Shown: positions 29,125 through 40,063 of the stretch, one piece after another
Layout of the letters: each line of letters opens with the position of its first letter
Position numbering within the stretch: position 1 is the stretch's first letter
Origin: Microcoleus sp.
Lineage (GTDB): Bacteria > Cyanobacteriota > Cyanobacteriia > Cyanobacteriales > Microcoleaceae
Reading direction: 5' to 3'
Assembly (NCBI GenBank): GCA_042408215.1
Contig: JAYFMW010000006.1
Span: 704,001-768,000, forward strand
Length of the DNA: 64,000 nt
Notes under the pieces: model-generated
Told to the model about the DNA's origin: nothing
Database searches by the model: none
The model's input: the letters and a program-made list of their open reading frames with translations, nothing else
Program-made: the position numbers and the translations under genes

Positions 29125-32100
29125 ATGTTTGATGAATTACTGTATCTAGAAATAACCAACCTGCGCCAGAAGCTAGCTCACCTAGAAAGAGAAATGCAGT
29201 CTCAAACCTGGTTCAAAAAGCTGCAAGCCCTGATGGGAGTTATTGGCAAAATTCGCGAATCCCTAGACTTAGAAACAATATTCAAAACTACAGCAACCGA
29301 AGTTCGGCAACTCCTAAATGCCGATCGCGTCGCTGTTTACCGCTTCCTCCCCTCATCCGAATGGAACGAAGGCGAAGTTGTATCAGAAGATGTACTGCCC
29401 CTATACAGCCCATCCCTAGGAACAAGAGTTCATGACCACTGCTTCGGCGAACAATTTGCAGCCAACTACCAAAAAGGCTACGTTCAAGCTGTCACCGATA
29501 TCTATAAAGCCCGGTTGAGCCCTTGTCACCTCAAAATCCTCAAACGATTTCAAATCCGAGCTAACTTAGTCCTACCCCTGCTGCAAGGACAACACCTGTG
29601 GGGATTGCTTTGCATTCACTCCTGCGGCCAACCCCGCGAATGGCAACCAGACGAAATCGAATTTGCCAAGCAAATATCACAACACCTAGCAATCGCCATC
29701 ACCCAAGCCGAATTGCACTCGCAAACTCAAAAACACCTACAAGAAATCGATCGCACGCAACAACAACTGCGGGAAAGCGAAAAAAGATATCACCAAATTC
29801 TCGACTCGATCGCCGATATGGTATTAGTCAAAGGCCCTGAATCAAAAATCCTCTGGGCTAATCAAGCATTTCGCGACTATTACGGCATGAGTGAAGAGGA
29901 ACTTCAAGGCATTATAGACGCACCTTTCAACATTCCTGACTACACTCTCCAATACATTAAAGATGACACCTTCGTATTTGAAACCGGACAAACTCTGGCA
30001 ATTCCCGAAGAACCGATCGTGCGCCACGATGGAGAAGTGCGACTGTTTAGTACCGTCAAAACACCCATCCGCAACGAAGAAGGAGACATCACAATGACTG
30101 TCGGTGTCTCCCGCGACATGACGGAACGCAAATTAGCAGAAGAATCACTGCAAGCCAGCGAAACCAAATACCGCCGCCTAGTAGAAACCTCCCAAGACAT
30201 GATTTGGTCAGTCGATGCCCAAGGTTGCTATACTTTCGTCAACCCAGCAGTTGAATACATCTACGGTTACGACGCAGCAGAAATGCTCGGTAGGCCCTTT
30301 TCCGACTTTGTGACACCAGAACAACTTCAGAAAGATTTAAAGGTTTTCGCCCGCCTGCTTGCCGGAGAATCAATTTTTCAGCATGAGAGCGCACAAATCG
30401 CTAAAGACGGTAGCATCAAATATCTGATGTTCAATGCGATCGCCCTGTACGACGACACAGGCAATGTCCTCGGCATCACAGGCACGGCTACCGACATTAC
30501 CGATCGCAAACGCGCAGAGTCCGCATTGCAACACGCCAACGCAGAACTAGAGCGCAGAGTAGAAGCACGCACAGCCGAACTGCACGCGACTTTTGCAGCC
30601 CTGGGTGCCAGCGAAAGCCGGTTTAGAACCATTGCGGCTACCATCCCCGGAGCTTTGTTCCAGTTTTGCAACCGTGACGGAGTTTGGCGCATTGACTACA
30701 TGAGCGATCGCATCTTCGAGATCAGCGGTGTCACAGCAGCAGCAATGACGCAAGACATCCATACATTCATTTCCCGCCTCCACCCTGATGACTTCCAAAG
30801 CTACATCGCTTCTGTCACCGAAGCCGTAGACAACCTTTCCCTCTGGCACTACGAAGGGCGATTAGTCAAGCCCGACGGCGCAATTCGCTGGTGGCAGGGC
30901 GACTCAATGCCCACCCGCAGCCAGAACGGCGAAATCGTATTTTGCGGCGTTTTGCTCGACATTACCGATCGCCAAGTCGCCGAAACCGCCATTCGCGAAA
31001 GCCAACGACAGCTACAAGAAGCCCAGAGACTCGCCCACGTCGGCAATTGGGAACTCGATGTCACAACGGGAACCGTCACTTGGTCAGAGGAACTCTTCCG
31101 CATCCACGGACTCGAACCAGCGGCCACAGCACCCACCAGAGAAGAGAATGTCGCTCTGATCCATCCAGAAGATTTGGAATTGTGGGGAACCCAAGTACAG
31201 CGGGGACTCCAAGCAGGCATCCCCTTTGATTTTGACCTCCGCATCCTCCGTCCCGACGGCACGCTGCGACACCTGAACGCCCTGGGCAGAGCTGAAACTG
31301 ATGCCAACGGCAAGGTGGTAAAATTGTTCGGTACTGCGATCGACATTACCGAGCGCAAAAACGCTGAAGCAGCCCTGCGACAAGCAGCAGCCGAGTTGGA
31401 AGGCAGAGTGAGCGATCGCACGGCAGAGTTGTCCCAAGCCGTCGCCCAGTTAGAACAAGAAATCGGCGAGCGCAAAAACGCTGAAGCAGCCGTGCAAATT
31501 TCCGCACAAAACCTGCGAACTATATTTAACAATGTCTACGATGCTATCTTCATTCACGATTTAGAAGGCAACATTCTTGATGTCAATAATCGAATGTTGG
31601 AAATGTACGGAGTTAGCGCCTCCCAAGCAACAAAATTATCAGTTAAAAACGACTATTCCACGGCGGAAAATCCCGTAGAAGAATTCGGAGAAATTTGGCA
31701 AAGGGTAATAGCAGGAGAAACAGCCCGCATTGAATGGAAAGCTAGGCGCCCCCATGACGGTTCAACTTTTGATGCAGAAATTGCCTTGTCTAAAATTAAT
31801 CTCAATGGCAATGTTAGCATCATTGCCAACGTGCGAGATATTAGCGATCGCAAACTTGCAGAAACAGAACTCCAACACGCCCAAAAGTTTATGGAATCCG
31901 TACTCCAAACCATACCCGTAGCAGTAGTTGCCAAAGAAGCAGCAGAATTGCGATTTGTACTGTGGAATCCAGCCGCCGAACAGTTACTCGGTTTCCCCGC
32001 AGCGGAAGTTATGGGCAAAAACGACCATGACTTTTTCCCCAGAGAACAAGCCGACTTTTTCACCGCCAAAGACCGGGAAGTGCTCGCCAGCGGCCAGATT

Positions 32101-33684
32101 TTAGACATTCCCGAAGAACTAATTCAAACCAGAGAAGGCGAGACTCGCATATTTCATACCAAAAAAACCGCAATTCTCGATCGATTTGGCACTCCCGAAT
32201 ATTTATTAGCAATTATTCAAGACATTACCGATCGCAAGTTGGGAGAACTGGCTTTGAGGGAATCGTCAGCCCGACTCAAGCAGCAGGCCGATCGAGAAAA
32301 ATTGCTCAACAGCCTCACAACTCAAATCCGCAATTCCCTCGACTTCGACAGCATCATTAGTGTCGCTGTCCAAGAAATGCGCGCTTTCATGCAGATCGAT
32401 CGTTGCTATTTTTCCCAGTACCGGATCCAACAAGAAGAGGCATTTTGGGAAATTATTAAAGAATCTCGCACCAGAGAACTTCCCGATTTAATCGGTTCCT
32501 ATAAAGCTTCTGACTTCGGCACTATAGGAGAACACCTCTTGCGTCTAGAAACGCTGCAAGTCGATGATGTCGGAGCAACCGCAGACCCTGTTTGGAAACA
32601 GTCTCTTAGCTCTCTGGGCTACCAATCTGTCTTGGCAATTCCGATGCAGGCACTTTCGGGAGTCGTGAGCGTTGTTACCTGCGCCCACTCCGCTTCTGTG
32701 CGGCCCTGGAGTCACAGCGAAGTCGAATTGTTGCAAGCGATTACAGTTCAATTGGCGATCGCCCTCAATCAAGCCGATCTTTACACCCAAACTCTCAATA
32801 AAGCTCGCGAATTAGAGCAAACTTTACAGAAATTAAGAAGCGCTCAATCGCAGTTAGTTCAAAGCGAAAAAATGTCATCTCTCGGTCAGTTAGTTGCAGG
32901 AGTCGCCCACGAAATTAACAACCCAGTTAACTTTATTTACGGCAACCTCACCCACGCTAACGAGTATACCCAAGACTTGCTCCACCTGATCGAACTTTAC
33001 CAAAACCACTATCTCGATCCAGTCCCGGAGATTCAAGACGAAATAGAAAATATTGACCTTGATTTTCTCATGGAAGATTTGCCTAAATTGCTGACGTCCA
33101 TGAAAGTCGGTGCAGACAGAATTCAACAAATAGTTGCTTCTCTCCGCACTTTCTCCCGCATGGACGAAGCGGAAATGAAAGCAGTTAACATTCATGACGG
33201 CATAGATAGCACCTTAATGATTTTGCAGCACCGCATCAAAGCTAAACACAATCATCCAGAGATTCAAGTGATTAAAGAATACAGCAAATTGCCCTTAGTA
33301 GAATGTTATGCCGGCCAGTTAAATCAAGTATTCATGAATATCTTGAGCAATGCTTTGGATGCTTTGGAAGACAGGGACTCGCGGCTTTCTGCTGACGAAA
33401 TGCGTCAAAATCCCAGCCAGCTCCGCATCTGCACTGAAATGCCTTCATCCTCGCGGGTAATCATTCGGATTGCTGACAACGGGCCGGGAATGACAGAGAG
33501 TGTCTGTCATCGACTTTTTGACCCGTTTTTTACCACTAAACCTGTGGGTAAAGGCACTGGAATGGGCTTGTCCATTAGCTACCAAATTGTTACAGAACGG
33601 CACGGCGGCTCCCTGCATTGCACTTCTTCCCCCGGATTTGGTGCAGAATTTGCGATCGAGATTCCCCTGAAAGCTAATTGCTAA
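29125..33684 (+). CDS. Cyanobacteriochrome GAF-PAS(n)-GAF histidine kinase
   Basis: GAF1 carries DHCF and PCH cysteines; multiple PAS/PAC domains; HEINNP and GKGTGMGL. Confidence 0.92.
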   Translation: MFDELLYLEITNLRQKLAHLEREMQSQTWFKKLQALMGVIGKIRESLDLETIFKTTATEVRQLLNADRVAVYRFLPSSEWNEGEVVSEDVLPLYSPSLGTRVHDHCFGEQFAANYQKGYVQAVTDIYKARLSPCHLKILKRFQIRANLVLPLLQGQHLWGLLCIHSCGQPREWQPDEIEFAKQISQHLAIAITQAELHSQTQKHLQEIDRTQQQLRESEKRYHQILDSIADMVLVKGPESKILWANQAFRDYYGMSEEELQGIIDAPFNIPDYTLQYIKDDTFVFETGQTLAIPEEPIVRHDGEVRLFSTVKTPIRNEEGDITMTVGVSRDMTERKLAEESLQASETKYRRLVETSQDMIWSVDAQGCYTFVNPAVEYIYGYDAAEMLGRPFSDFVTPEQLQKDLKVFARLLAGESIFQHESAQIAKDGSIKYLMFNAIALYDDTGNVLGITGTATDITDRKRAESALQHANAELERRVEARTAELHATFAALGASESRFRTIAATIPGALFQFCNRDGVWRIDYMSDRIFEISGVTAAAMTQDIHTFISRLHPDDFQSYIASVTEAVDNLSLWHYEGRLVKPDGAIRWWQGDSMPTRSQNGEIVFCGVLLDITDRQVAETAIRESQRQLQEAQRLAHVGNWELDVTTGTVTWSEELFRIHGLEPAATAPTREENVALIHPEDLELWGTQVQRGLQAGIPFDFDLRILRPDGTLRHLNALGRAETDANGKVVKLFGTAIDITERKNAEAALRQAAAELEGRVSDRTAELSQAVAQLEQEIGERKNAEAAVQISAQNLRTIFNNVYDAIFIHDLEGNILDVNNRMLEMYGVSASQATKLSVKNDYSTAENPVEEFGEIWQRVIAGETARIEWKARRPHDGSTFDAEIALSKINLNGNVSIIANVRDISDRKLAETELQHAQKFMESVLQTIPVAVVAKEAAELRFVLWNPAAEQLLGFPAAEVMGKNDHDFFPREQADFFTAKDREVLASGQILDIPEELIQTREGETRIFHTKKTAILDRFGTPEYLLAIIQDITDRKLGELALRESSARLKQQADREKLLNSLTTQIRNSLDFDSIISVAVQEMRAFMQIDRCYFSQYRIQQEEAFWEIIKESRTRELPDLIGSYKASDFGTIGEHLLRLETLQVDDVGATADPVWKQSLSSLGYQSVLAIPMQALSGVVSVVTCAHSASVRPWSHSEVELLQAITVQLAIALNQADLYTQTLNKARELEQTLQKLRSAQSQLVQSEKMSSLGQLVAGVAHEINNPVNFIYGNLTHANEYTQDLLHLIELYQNHYLDPVPEIQDEIENIDLDFLMEDLPKLLTSMKVGADRIQQIVASLRTFSRMDEAEMKAVNIHDGIDSTLMILQHRIKAKHNHPEIQVIKEYSKLPLVECYAGQLNQVFMNILSNALDALEDRDSRLSADEMRQNPSQLRICTEMPSSSRVIIRIADNGPGMTESVCHRLFDPFFTTKPVGKGTGMGLSISYQIVTERHGGSLHCTSSPGFGAEFAIEIPLKANC

Positions 33685-33783
33685 TTTATTAGTTGTTAGT
33701 TGTTATTTGTGACGATCGCTGAGTGGAAATATTTTTTTGTGATTGAAATAAAAAAAATCGCCCCTTTTTTGAAGGTTAAAGGC

Positions 33784-33898
33784 TTGACTTTCAGCATTTA
33801 ATTAAGTATAATCTTATAATGGGAGTGGTGGCAAAATTTTTAGTGCTGCCACCACTCCCATTATCTAAAATATACCACCAATAGTCCAGCAAAGTCAA
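33784..33898. promoter_or_regulatory. Face-to-face sigma70-type promoters flanking an 18-bp perfect hairpin (copy 1)
   Basis: Plus strand: TTGACT(33784)-17-TATAAT(33807). Minus strand: TTGACT(33898)-18-TATATT with TG extension. Hairpin arms 33816-33833 and 33847-33864. Confidence 0.65.
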
Positions 33899-34196
33899 TA
33901 GGCAATCCTTCTTTTTTAGGGCCGAGCAGTTATACCAAATCCGGTTGCATCGGAATGATTAAACCGCGAATCCGCCACAAGCGCTTTCGTCAGAACTGCA
34001 TCTTCTTCTCGATCTGACGAAAACGGTTGATTTAATCTGACTCCATCAGCGTTCATCCCTGTTCATCCGCTGAGATCTGCGGTAAAAAACTGCCAATCTA
34101 ACAATCGATTTTTAAAAGCATTTCTTCGCCCGGAGTTGGTGCAGAATTTGCGATCGAGATTCCCCTGAAAGCTAATTCTTAATTTGTTCGTTGTTA

Positions 34197-35082
34197 GATC
34201 AAATCCTCTCTTCATCGGAATAGTAAATTCGAGTTAACAGTTAACAGTTAACTGTTAACTGTTAACTGTTAACTGTTAACTGACGGTGCAGTTAGAGAGT
34301 CGATGGCAGAGTGTCCCCCACCATCTCTCCTACAAAACCGTGCTTGCGACTTTCACCGCACACGGCTCCTGAGTGATGTAATCCTGGTTATGGATACAGT
34401 ACGATCGCATCACGAGATGATTTATACCGCTTGATAGTTTTCCTTTTACCCCTACATCCCACCATCAGATTTTTCTGTGGCATTAGGCTTTTAAAGGGTT
34501 ACTCAGTCTCAATCTTTTACACCACCGGGCGCTGTCAGCAGATCTCTGCTATTACAGCAGAGCTTTAGCTTCTGCAACCATCCCTCACACTCACAGCTTA
34601 CGGCTAGCAACCTACTTATTTTTAAGGGCTGTGAGAGCTTTACTTCGTTCCGATTACACATTGGTTGAACATGACAGCGTAATGCTTTCCACCGGGTTTT
34701 TTGGGCAGTGCTGATAAGTCAATCCGATAATTGCTTATGCCCTATCCTTGCCTTTTGGCTTGGTCTATCAGCCATTTGACCATCTATCATAACGGTGGTT
34801 CAGACACATTTTTGCTTTCGCTACGCATATGTTCTGGCTCGACAGCTACTCCATTTGGCTAAGAGTCTTTCTGCCTTTTATCCCCGCTTTATCCTGTTAG
34901 TTGCTACCTAACAAAATAGGGGATATGCTTTTACCGCTGCACCTGCGGACTGGGACTTGACTTAACGTCTCACCCAGAAGTGTAATCAGTTATCACTAAC
35001 TCGCAGCGGAGTCAGGCTAACCGTCCCTGGATAGGAGAACCTATCCATTTAGGCTAAACGAATCGCACACCGGAATTGATAT
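34197..35082. mobile_element. MITE flanked by TA and interrupted by the group II intron
   Basis: Absent from the paralogous duplicated unit (GTTGTTAGTTGTT). Worn left end GATCAAATCC...CATCGGAAT; the right end is restored by removing the intron. Confidence 0.7.
34291..35068 (-). ncRNA. ORF-less group II intron ribozyme (probably class IIB), 778 nt
   Basis: 5' end GTGCGATTCG; domain V GAGCCGTGTGCGGTGAAAGTCGCAAGCACGGTTT (34368-34335); domain VI-like hairpin ending AAC; EBS1 AUCGGA (34728-34723) pairs with IBS1 UCCGGU; domain IV only ~140 nt. Confidence 0.92.
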
Positions 35083-35169
35083 TAGTTGTTATTTGTTACG
35101 ATCGCTGAGTGGGGATATTTTTTTGTGATTGAAATAAAAAAAATCGCCTGTTTTTTGAAGGTTAAAGGC

Positions 35170-35284
35170 TTGACTTTCAGCATTTAATTAAGTATAATCT
35201 TATAATGGGAGTGGTGGCAAAATTTTTAGTGCTGCCACCACTCCCATTATCTAAAATATACCACCAATAGTCCAGCAAAGTCAA
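35170..35284. promoter_or_regulatory. Face-to-face promoters plus hairpin (copy 2)
   Basis: Identical to 33784-33898. Confidence 0.65.
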
Positions 35285-35501
35285 TAGGCAATCCTTCTTT
35301 TTTAGGGCCGAGCAGTTATACCAAATCCGGTTGCATCGGAATGATTAAACCGCGAATCCGCCACAAGCGCTTTCGTCAGAACTGCATCTTCTTCTCGATC
35401 TGACGAAAGCGTCAGATGCGACGAAAGCGGTTGATTTAATCTGACTCCATCAGCGTTCATCCCTGTTCATCCGCTGAGATCTGCGGTAAAAAACTGCCAA
35501 T

Positions 35502-38500
35502 CTAACAATCGATTTTTAAAAGCATTTCAGCGATCGCGTTACTGTCCAAAGGTTTAAAAAACAAATATCCCTGAGCAAGTTCGCATTCGAGTTCTCTCAA
35601 TTGTGCTAACTGTTCTACTGTCTCAACACCTTCTGCGATCGCATTCAATCCCAAATTGTGAGCCAAAGTCACGATCGCCCGCACAATTTGTAAAGGTTGT
35701 TCCCCGCCGTCACCGTTTTCCCTCGCCCCCAAGCGGCTCACAAAAGAGCGATCGATCTTCAGCGTATCCAGCGGAAAACGGTGCAAATAACTCAAAGACG
35801 AATAGCCCGTACCAAAATCGTCGATCGACAACCGAATCTTTCTAGATTTCAATTGGGCGAGTACCGTACTGGCTTTGTTCACATTTTCGACGATCGCACT
35901 TTCAGTAATCTCCAATTTTAAACAGCTCGGATCGCAGCCTGTTTCTGCTAAAATTTCATCGATTTGTTCAATCAAATTCGGTTGACCTAACTGTTTAGCA
36001 GAAAGATTGACGCTCATTGTTAATTGCTCATTGATAATTGGGAATTGGGAATTGGGCATAGGGCATAGGGCCTTGGGCACGATCAGTTGCCGAACTTCCT
36101 TCTGACTTCCCGGCGTTACATCCGTTAAATCCGTTACAGAATCCGTTGCCGAACTTCCTTCTCCCTGGATTAAAAGTTCTTGCCAAACGCGCAATTGGCG
36201 GCAAGCTTCCCGCAGCACCCAAGTTCCCAGAGGCACAATCAGACCCGTTTCTTCAGCCACAGGAATAAAACTAGATGGCGACACTAAACCCCGCACCGGA
36301 TGATACCAGCGCACCAAAGCCTCAAAACCCTCGATCGCACCGCTGGCGATCGAAACAATTGGTTGATAGTGCAGAATAAAGTGCGAAATTTCATCCAGGC
36401 TCTTCCCTAATTCCTGCTTTCCCAAAATAGCCAACCGCAAGTCAGTTTCTAACTGCAACAGCGACATAGTTTGGTCGTGCATCGCCAAATTAAACACCTC
36501 GTGGCGGGCCTTGCCTAAAGCTTTAGCACGATACATAGCAATGTCAGCATCCCGCAGGAATTCTTCCGGGTGAGCCTGCACAGAGCACTGCTGACTATTC
36601 GACAAGCCACTCTCGGCTGCTGTGAGCTCCTCTCTGCTGAAAACAATGCCAATGCTAGCGCTGGTGAATACTTCATGACCTTCGAGATTAAAGGGTACTG
36701 TCAATTCTTTTTGTATTCTGTTAGCGGCCTGGGTAGCGTCGCCGAGGTTCTGAATGCTGTCTAGCAGGATGGTAAACTCGTCTCCACCGAGTCGCGCTAC
36801 CGTATCAGAAGCACGCACGCAATCCTGAAGCCGCTGCGCGAGGGTAATTAGCAGTTTGTCGCCGAGAATATGTCCTAAAGAATCATTAACTACTTTGAAG
36901 CGGTCTAAATCTAGGAAGAGGACGGCAAATTTGTAATCTGGGGAATTTTGAGAACGGTGTATAGCTTGTCCTAGCCGATCGATAAACAAGAGGCGGTTTG
37001 GCAAACCCGTAAGCGCATCGTGACAGGCATCGTGCAGCAGTTGCTGTTCTACTCGTCGGCTCGCGGTAACATCTCTAATCATAATCTGCGCGGCTGCTAA
37101 GCCCTGATAAATAGCGGGTATGCCGACAACTTCTACGTCTATTATTTGTCCGTCGAGCCGGATCATTTTTTCTTCAGCGAGGTCGAACGGCCTGTTTTCT
37201 TCCTCTACTTGCCGGATTCGCTCTTTGGCTATTTCCACATAGTTTTGATGGACGAAATTCAATACAGGAAAGCCGATTAGCTCCCTCGGAGAGCAGGCAC
37301 CGAGAAGTTTAGCACCGGCTGCATTGATATATGCGATTTTCCCTTGACTGTAAACCGCGATCGCTTCGGGAGACTGTTCTACCAAACGGCGGTAGCGTTC
37401 TTCACTTTCTTGCAGAGATACTATCAACTCCGAACGCTCTTGTTCTGCTTGCTGGCGTTCCACTTCCCTTTGGTGATCGGCGAGAAATCTACCTATGCTT
37501 TGAGCCATCAATTCTATTATTTCTATGGTCTGGGATTCAAAGGTTTTTCTCCTGACCTCTCGCGCCGAAAAACTCAAGGTGCCGTAGATTTTATTATCTA
37601 TAAATATCGGCGTTCCAATGTAAGATTCGATCTGCCATTTTTGATAAGCTGGATGTTCGCACATTTCTAAGGTTCCTCCTATGTGGGAACAGGCCATTGT
37701 TTGCTTGAATTTAATCACTGCGGCACAGTAAGTATCGCTAAGCTTTAATTCTAAACCTCGTGTAAAATATTCTAAATCTGTTCTCACCGAGCGAATCATA
37801 AAAGATGACTCCTCAACTTGAGCAATCATGCCAATAGAAAGTCCGAAAATCAAACAGCCTGCTTTTAGATAATCATCCACAAGTTCTTCAAAATTTTGAT
37901 AGTGATAAGTTGTAATCCGGTGCAGGTGTTTGAGGTTGGCACTAAAAGTTGCTAAATCTTGAGATTTTAAAAATAATTCTTCTTCCGCTCGCTGGCGGTC
38001 GGTGATGTCGGTCTGAACTCCAATAAAGTGAGTTAAGTGCCGGCGCGAGTTGTAAACCGGAGCAATAGAAAGTTCGTTCCAAAAAAGCGAGCCATCTTTC
38101 CGAAAATTCTGCAATATAACTTGAGAAGTCCTGCCTTCTTCAATAGCATTTCGCAGCTCTTGTACAGCCTCCCGACTCGTGTCTGGGCCCTGCAATAATC
38201 GGCAATTTTTACCAATTAATTCGGATCTGCCATAACCCGTGATCCGCTCAAAACTGGGATTGAGATAAATAATTGGATTGTCGGCAAGCGTCGCATCGGT
38301 AATCACAATGCCGTTGGTGCTGCTTTCGATCGCCCTTTCCATCATTTGCAACCGTTCCGACGATCGAATCCGCTCGATCGTGGCGGCTAACAAATTGGCG
38401 ATCGCCTCCAGAAAATAAACGTCATCTTGGTTAAAAACTCGCTCGTCCTTGGTGTGAACCCCCAAAACCCCCCAGACAGGAGCTTCAACAGTGTTCGTTG

Positions 38501-39404
38501 ATTCTACTTGTCCCCACGGACTTTTCCCCTGTCCCCTATAGCCAGGAACGATCACGGTCACACCACTCACGGCTCGGTGGTTGTGCAGCAGCGGCGACTC
38601 ACTAAACCGCGTTTCCACCGGCAAATCTGTGACGATCACCGGTTCGTTAACTAACAATGTATAACCAGCTTGAGAGCGGGCCGAAGCGGTGACACTGGCG
38701 CTACCGACCAGCCCAGGCCCCCAGCCGACACCCGATCGCAACAGAAAAGCATGACCCGATGGCAACAGTTCCAACAACTGACAATAATCGACATCCAGGG
38801 TTTGGGCAATTAACACCGCTGCTTTGTCCATCAGTGCCGACAAATCTGTTTCAGCGATCGCCTCATGTCCCAAGTAAGCGACGGCTGCTTGCTGACGGGC
38901 CCGCAAGTGGATTGACCCGAGCAATTCCTGCTCTAGCGCTGCGACTCTCTTGCGCTCGGTAATGTCGCAGAACACCGACAGAACAACTTTTTCCGACTGC
39001 AATGTCAGATACCGCATTGATACAGTTGCCCAAAACAGCGTGCCGTCCGCCTTTTTCAGGCGGACTTCGGTCTCGCGCACCAGTCCCTCAACAGCGAGGA
39101 TATCCAGCAATTCCTGGCGCTCTGCTGGATTGTTGTAGAGTGTTTCGGCTTTTTGGCGGTGGAGGGACTCGGATGCTGTCAGTCCGAAGGCCATACGGCA
39201 TAAATCGTTACAATACAGAATTGTGCCATCAGCTAGACTGCCGATCGCCAGTGGCACCGGCATCGAGTCGGCGATCGTCAGAAATAATTCTTGAGTGTCT
39301 TGCACCGCTTCCTGCATTCCTGTCTGGAAGGCACAGCCCTCACAGTCTTGGGAGATAAAACTTGCGAGTTTTTGATTGATCCATTGCGATAATTTATTTT
39401 GCAC
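35502..39404 (-). CDS. PAS-GAF-LOV-GAF-PAS-GGDEF-EAL c-di-GMP enzyme
   Basis: [12 protein letters not shown] motif, RLGGDEF, FEALVRW and [10 protein letters not shown]. Confidence 0.93.
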   Translation of the reverse strand: MQNKLSQWINQKLASFISQDCEGCAFQTGMQEAVQDTQELFLTIADSMPVPLAIGSLADGTILYCNDLCRMAFGLTASESLHRQKAETLYNNPAERQELLDILAVEGLVRETEVRLKKADGTLFWATVSMRYLTLQSEKVVLSVFCDITERKRVAALEQELLGSIHLRARQQAAVAYLGHEAIAETDLSALMDKAAVLIAQTLDVDYCQLLELLPSGHAFLLRSGVGWGPGLVGSASVTASARSQAGYTLLVNEPVIVTDLPVETRFSESPLLHNHRAVSGVTVIVPGYRGQGKSPWGQVESTNTVEAPVWGVLGVHTKDERVFNQDDVYFLEAIANLLAATIERIRSSERLQMMERAIESSTNGIVITDATLADNPIIYLNPSFERITGYGRSELIGKNCRLLQGPDTSREAVQELRNAIEEGRTSQVILQNFRKDGSLFWNELSIAPVYNSRRHLTHFIGVQTDITDRQRAEEELFLKSQDLATFSANLKHLHRITTYHYQNFEELVDDYLKAGCLIFGLSIGMIAQVEESSFMIRSVRTDLEYFTRGLELKLSDTYCAAVIKFKQTMACSHIGGTLEMCEHPAYQKWQIESYIGTPIFIDNKIYGTLSFSAREVRRKTFESQTIEIIELMAQSIGRFLADHQREVERQQAEQERSELIVSLQESEERYRRLVEQSPEAIAVYSQGKIAYINAAGAKLLGACSPRELIGFPVLNFVHQNYVEIAKERIRQVEEENRPFDLAEEKMIRLDGQIIDVEVVGIPAIYQGLAAAQIMIRDVTASRRVEQQLLHDACHDALTGLPNRLLFIDRLGQAIHRSQNSPDYKFAVLFLDLDRFKVVNDSLGHILGDKLLITLAQRLQDCVRASDTVARLGGDEFTILLDSIQNLGDATQAANRIQKELTVPFNLEGHEVFTSASIGIVFSREELTAAESGLSNSQQCSVQAHPEEFLRDADIAMYRAKALGKARHEVFNLAMHDQTMSLLQLETDLRLAILGKQELGKSLDEISHFILHYQPIVSIASGAIEGFEALVRWYHPVRGLVSPSSFIPVAEETGLIVPLGTWVLREACRQLRVWQELLIQGEGSSATDSVTDLTDVTPGSQKEVRQLIVPKALCPMPNSQFPIINEQLTMSVNLSAKQLGQPNLIEQIDEILAETGCDPSCLKLEITESAIVENVNKASTVLAQLKSRKIRLSIDDFGTGYSSLSYLHRFPLDTLKIDRSFVSRLGARENGDGGEQPLQIVRAIVTLAHNLGLNAIAEGVETVEQLAQLRELECELAQGYLFFKPLDSNAIAEMLLKIDC

Positions 39405-39919
39405 AGAAACCGGACTCCTGTAGCTCCGCAGCCGAGAACTATAAATTGATGATAACTGGCGATTCCAGATGCAGAGGACGATCGACTGTCAAATCCCCGC
39501 ACAATATTCATCTTAACCAGAAGAATGCAACAGGAAGGCGCAAAACTGCGAGGCAGGAGTTGGATTGGCCTGGCTGTACAGAGCGCATCTGTCTTTGGTA
39601 TGAAAATTAACTGTTTCTGAAGTTGCGTTAAGTTTTGATAAGAGCGGTAACTTTGCCAGATGTCGGCGCCTGCTCCTAATCTGAAAGGTTGATTAACAGT
39701 CAGACTTTTTCTGACATTTGCTAACAATCACTTACATTCGCCCGAGGTCTTTATGGCACTGTAGAATGAATTTAGCCGCTCGGATTTAGGTGAAAAACCT
39801 TGGTAGTAAGCAACCTCTATTTAAATAAGTTGCCTCTACAGTATCAAAGCAAATAAAATCAAGATTGGCTAAATGCGGTCACGCGAAAACCAAGCTGAAC
39901 GCTCATAGTACAAGTGCTT

Positions 39920-39933
39920 GTAGAGATTTCTAC
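39920..39933. promoter_or_regulatory. Possible NtcA box
   Basis: GTA-GAGATTTC-TAC (GTA-N8-TAC) about 130 bp upstream of acnB; no -10 element at the class II spacing. Confidence 0.3.
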
Positions 39934-40063
39934 GGGCATTGGTTGATACGCCTTAGTTGAGAACTGAGCTCAACTTATGTATTTGTTAGCAAACGTTAGC
40001 AAAAAAGTATCGGTAAACTAATCTGCAAACAATTAACGAATGCCATCCGAGGAGAGAGGACAA

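Noticed and set aside
34370..34510. Intron-encoded RT/maturase
   Set aside because: Domain IV is only about 140 nt, with no RT motifs.
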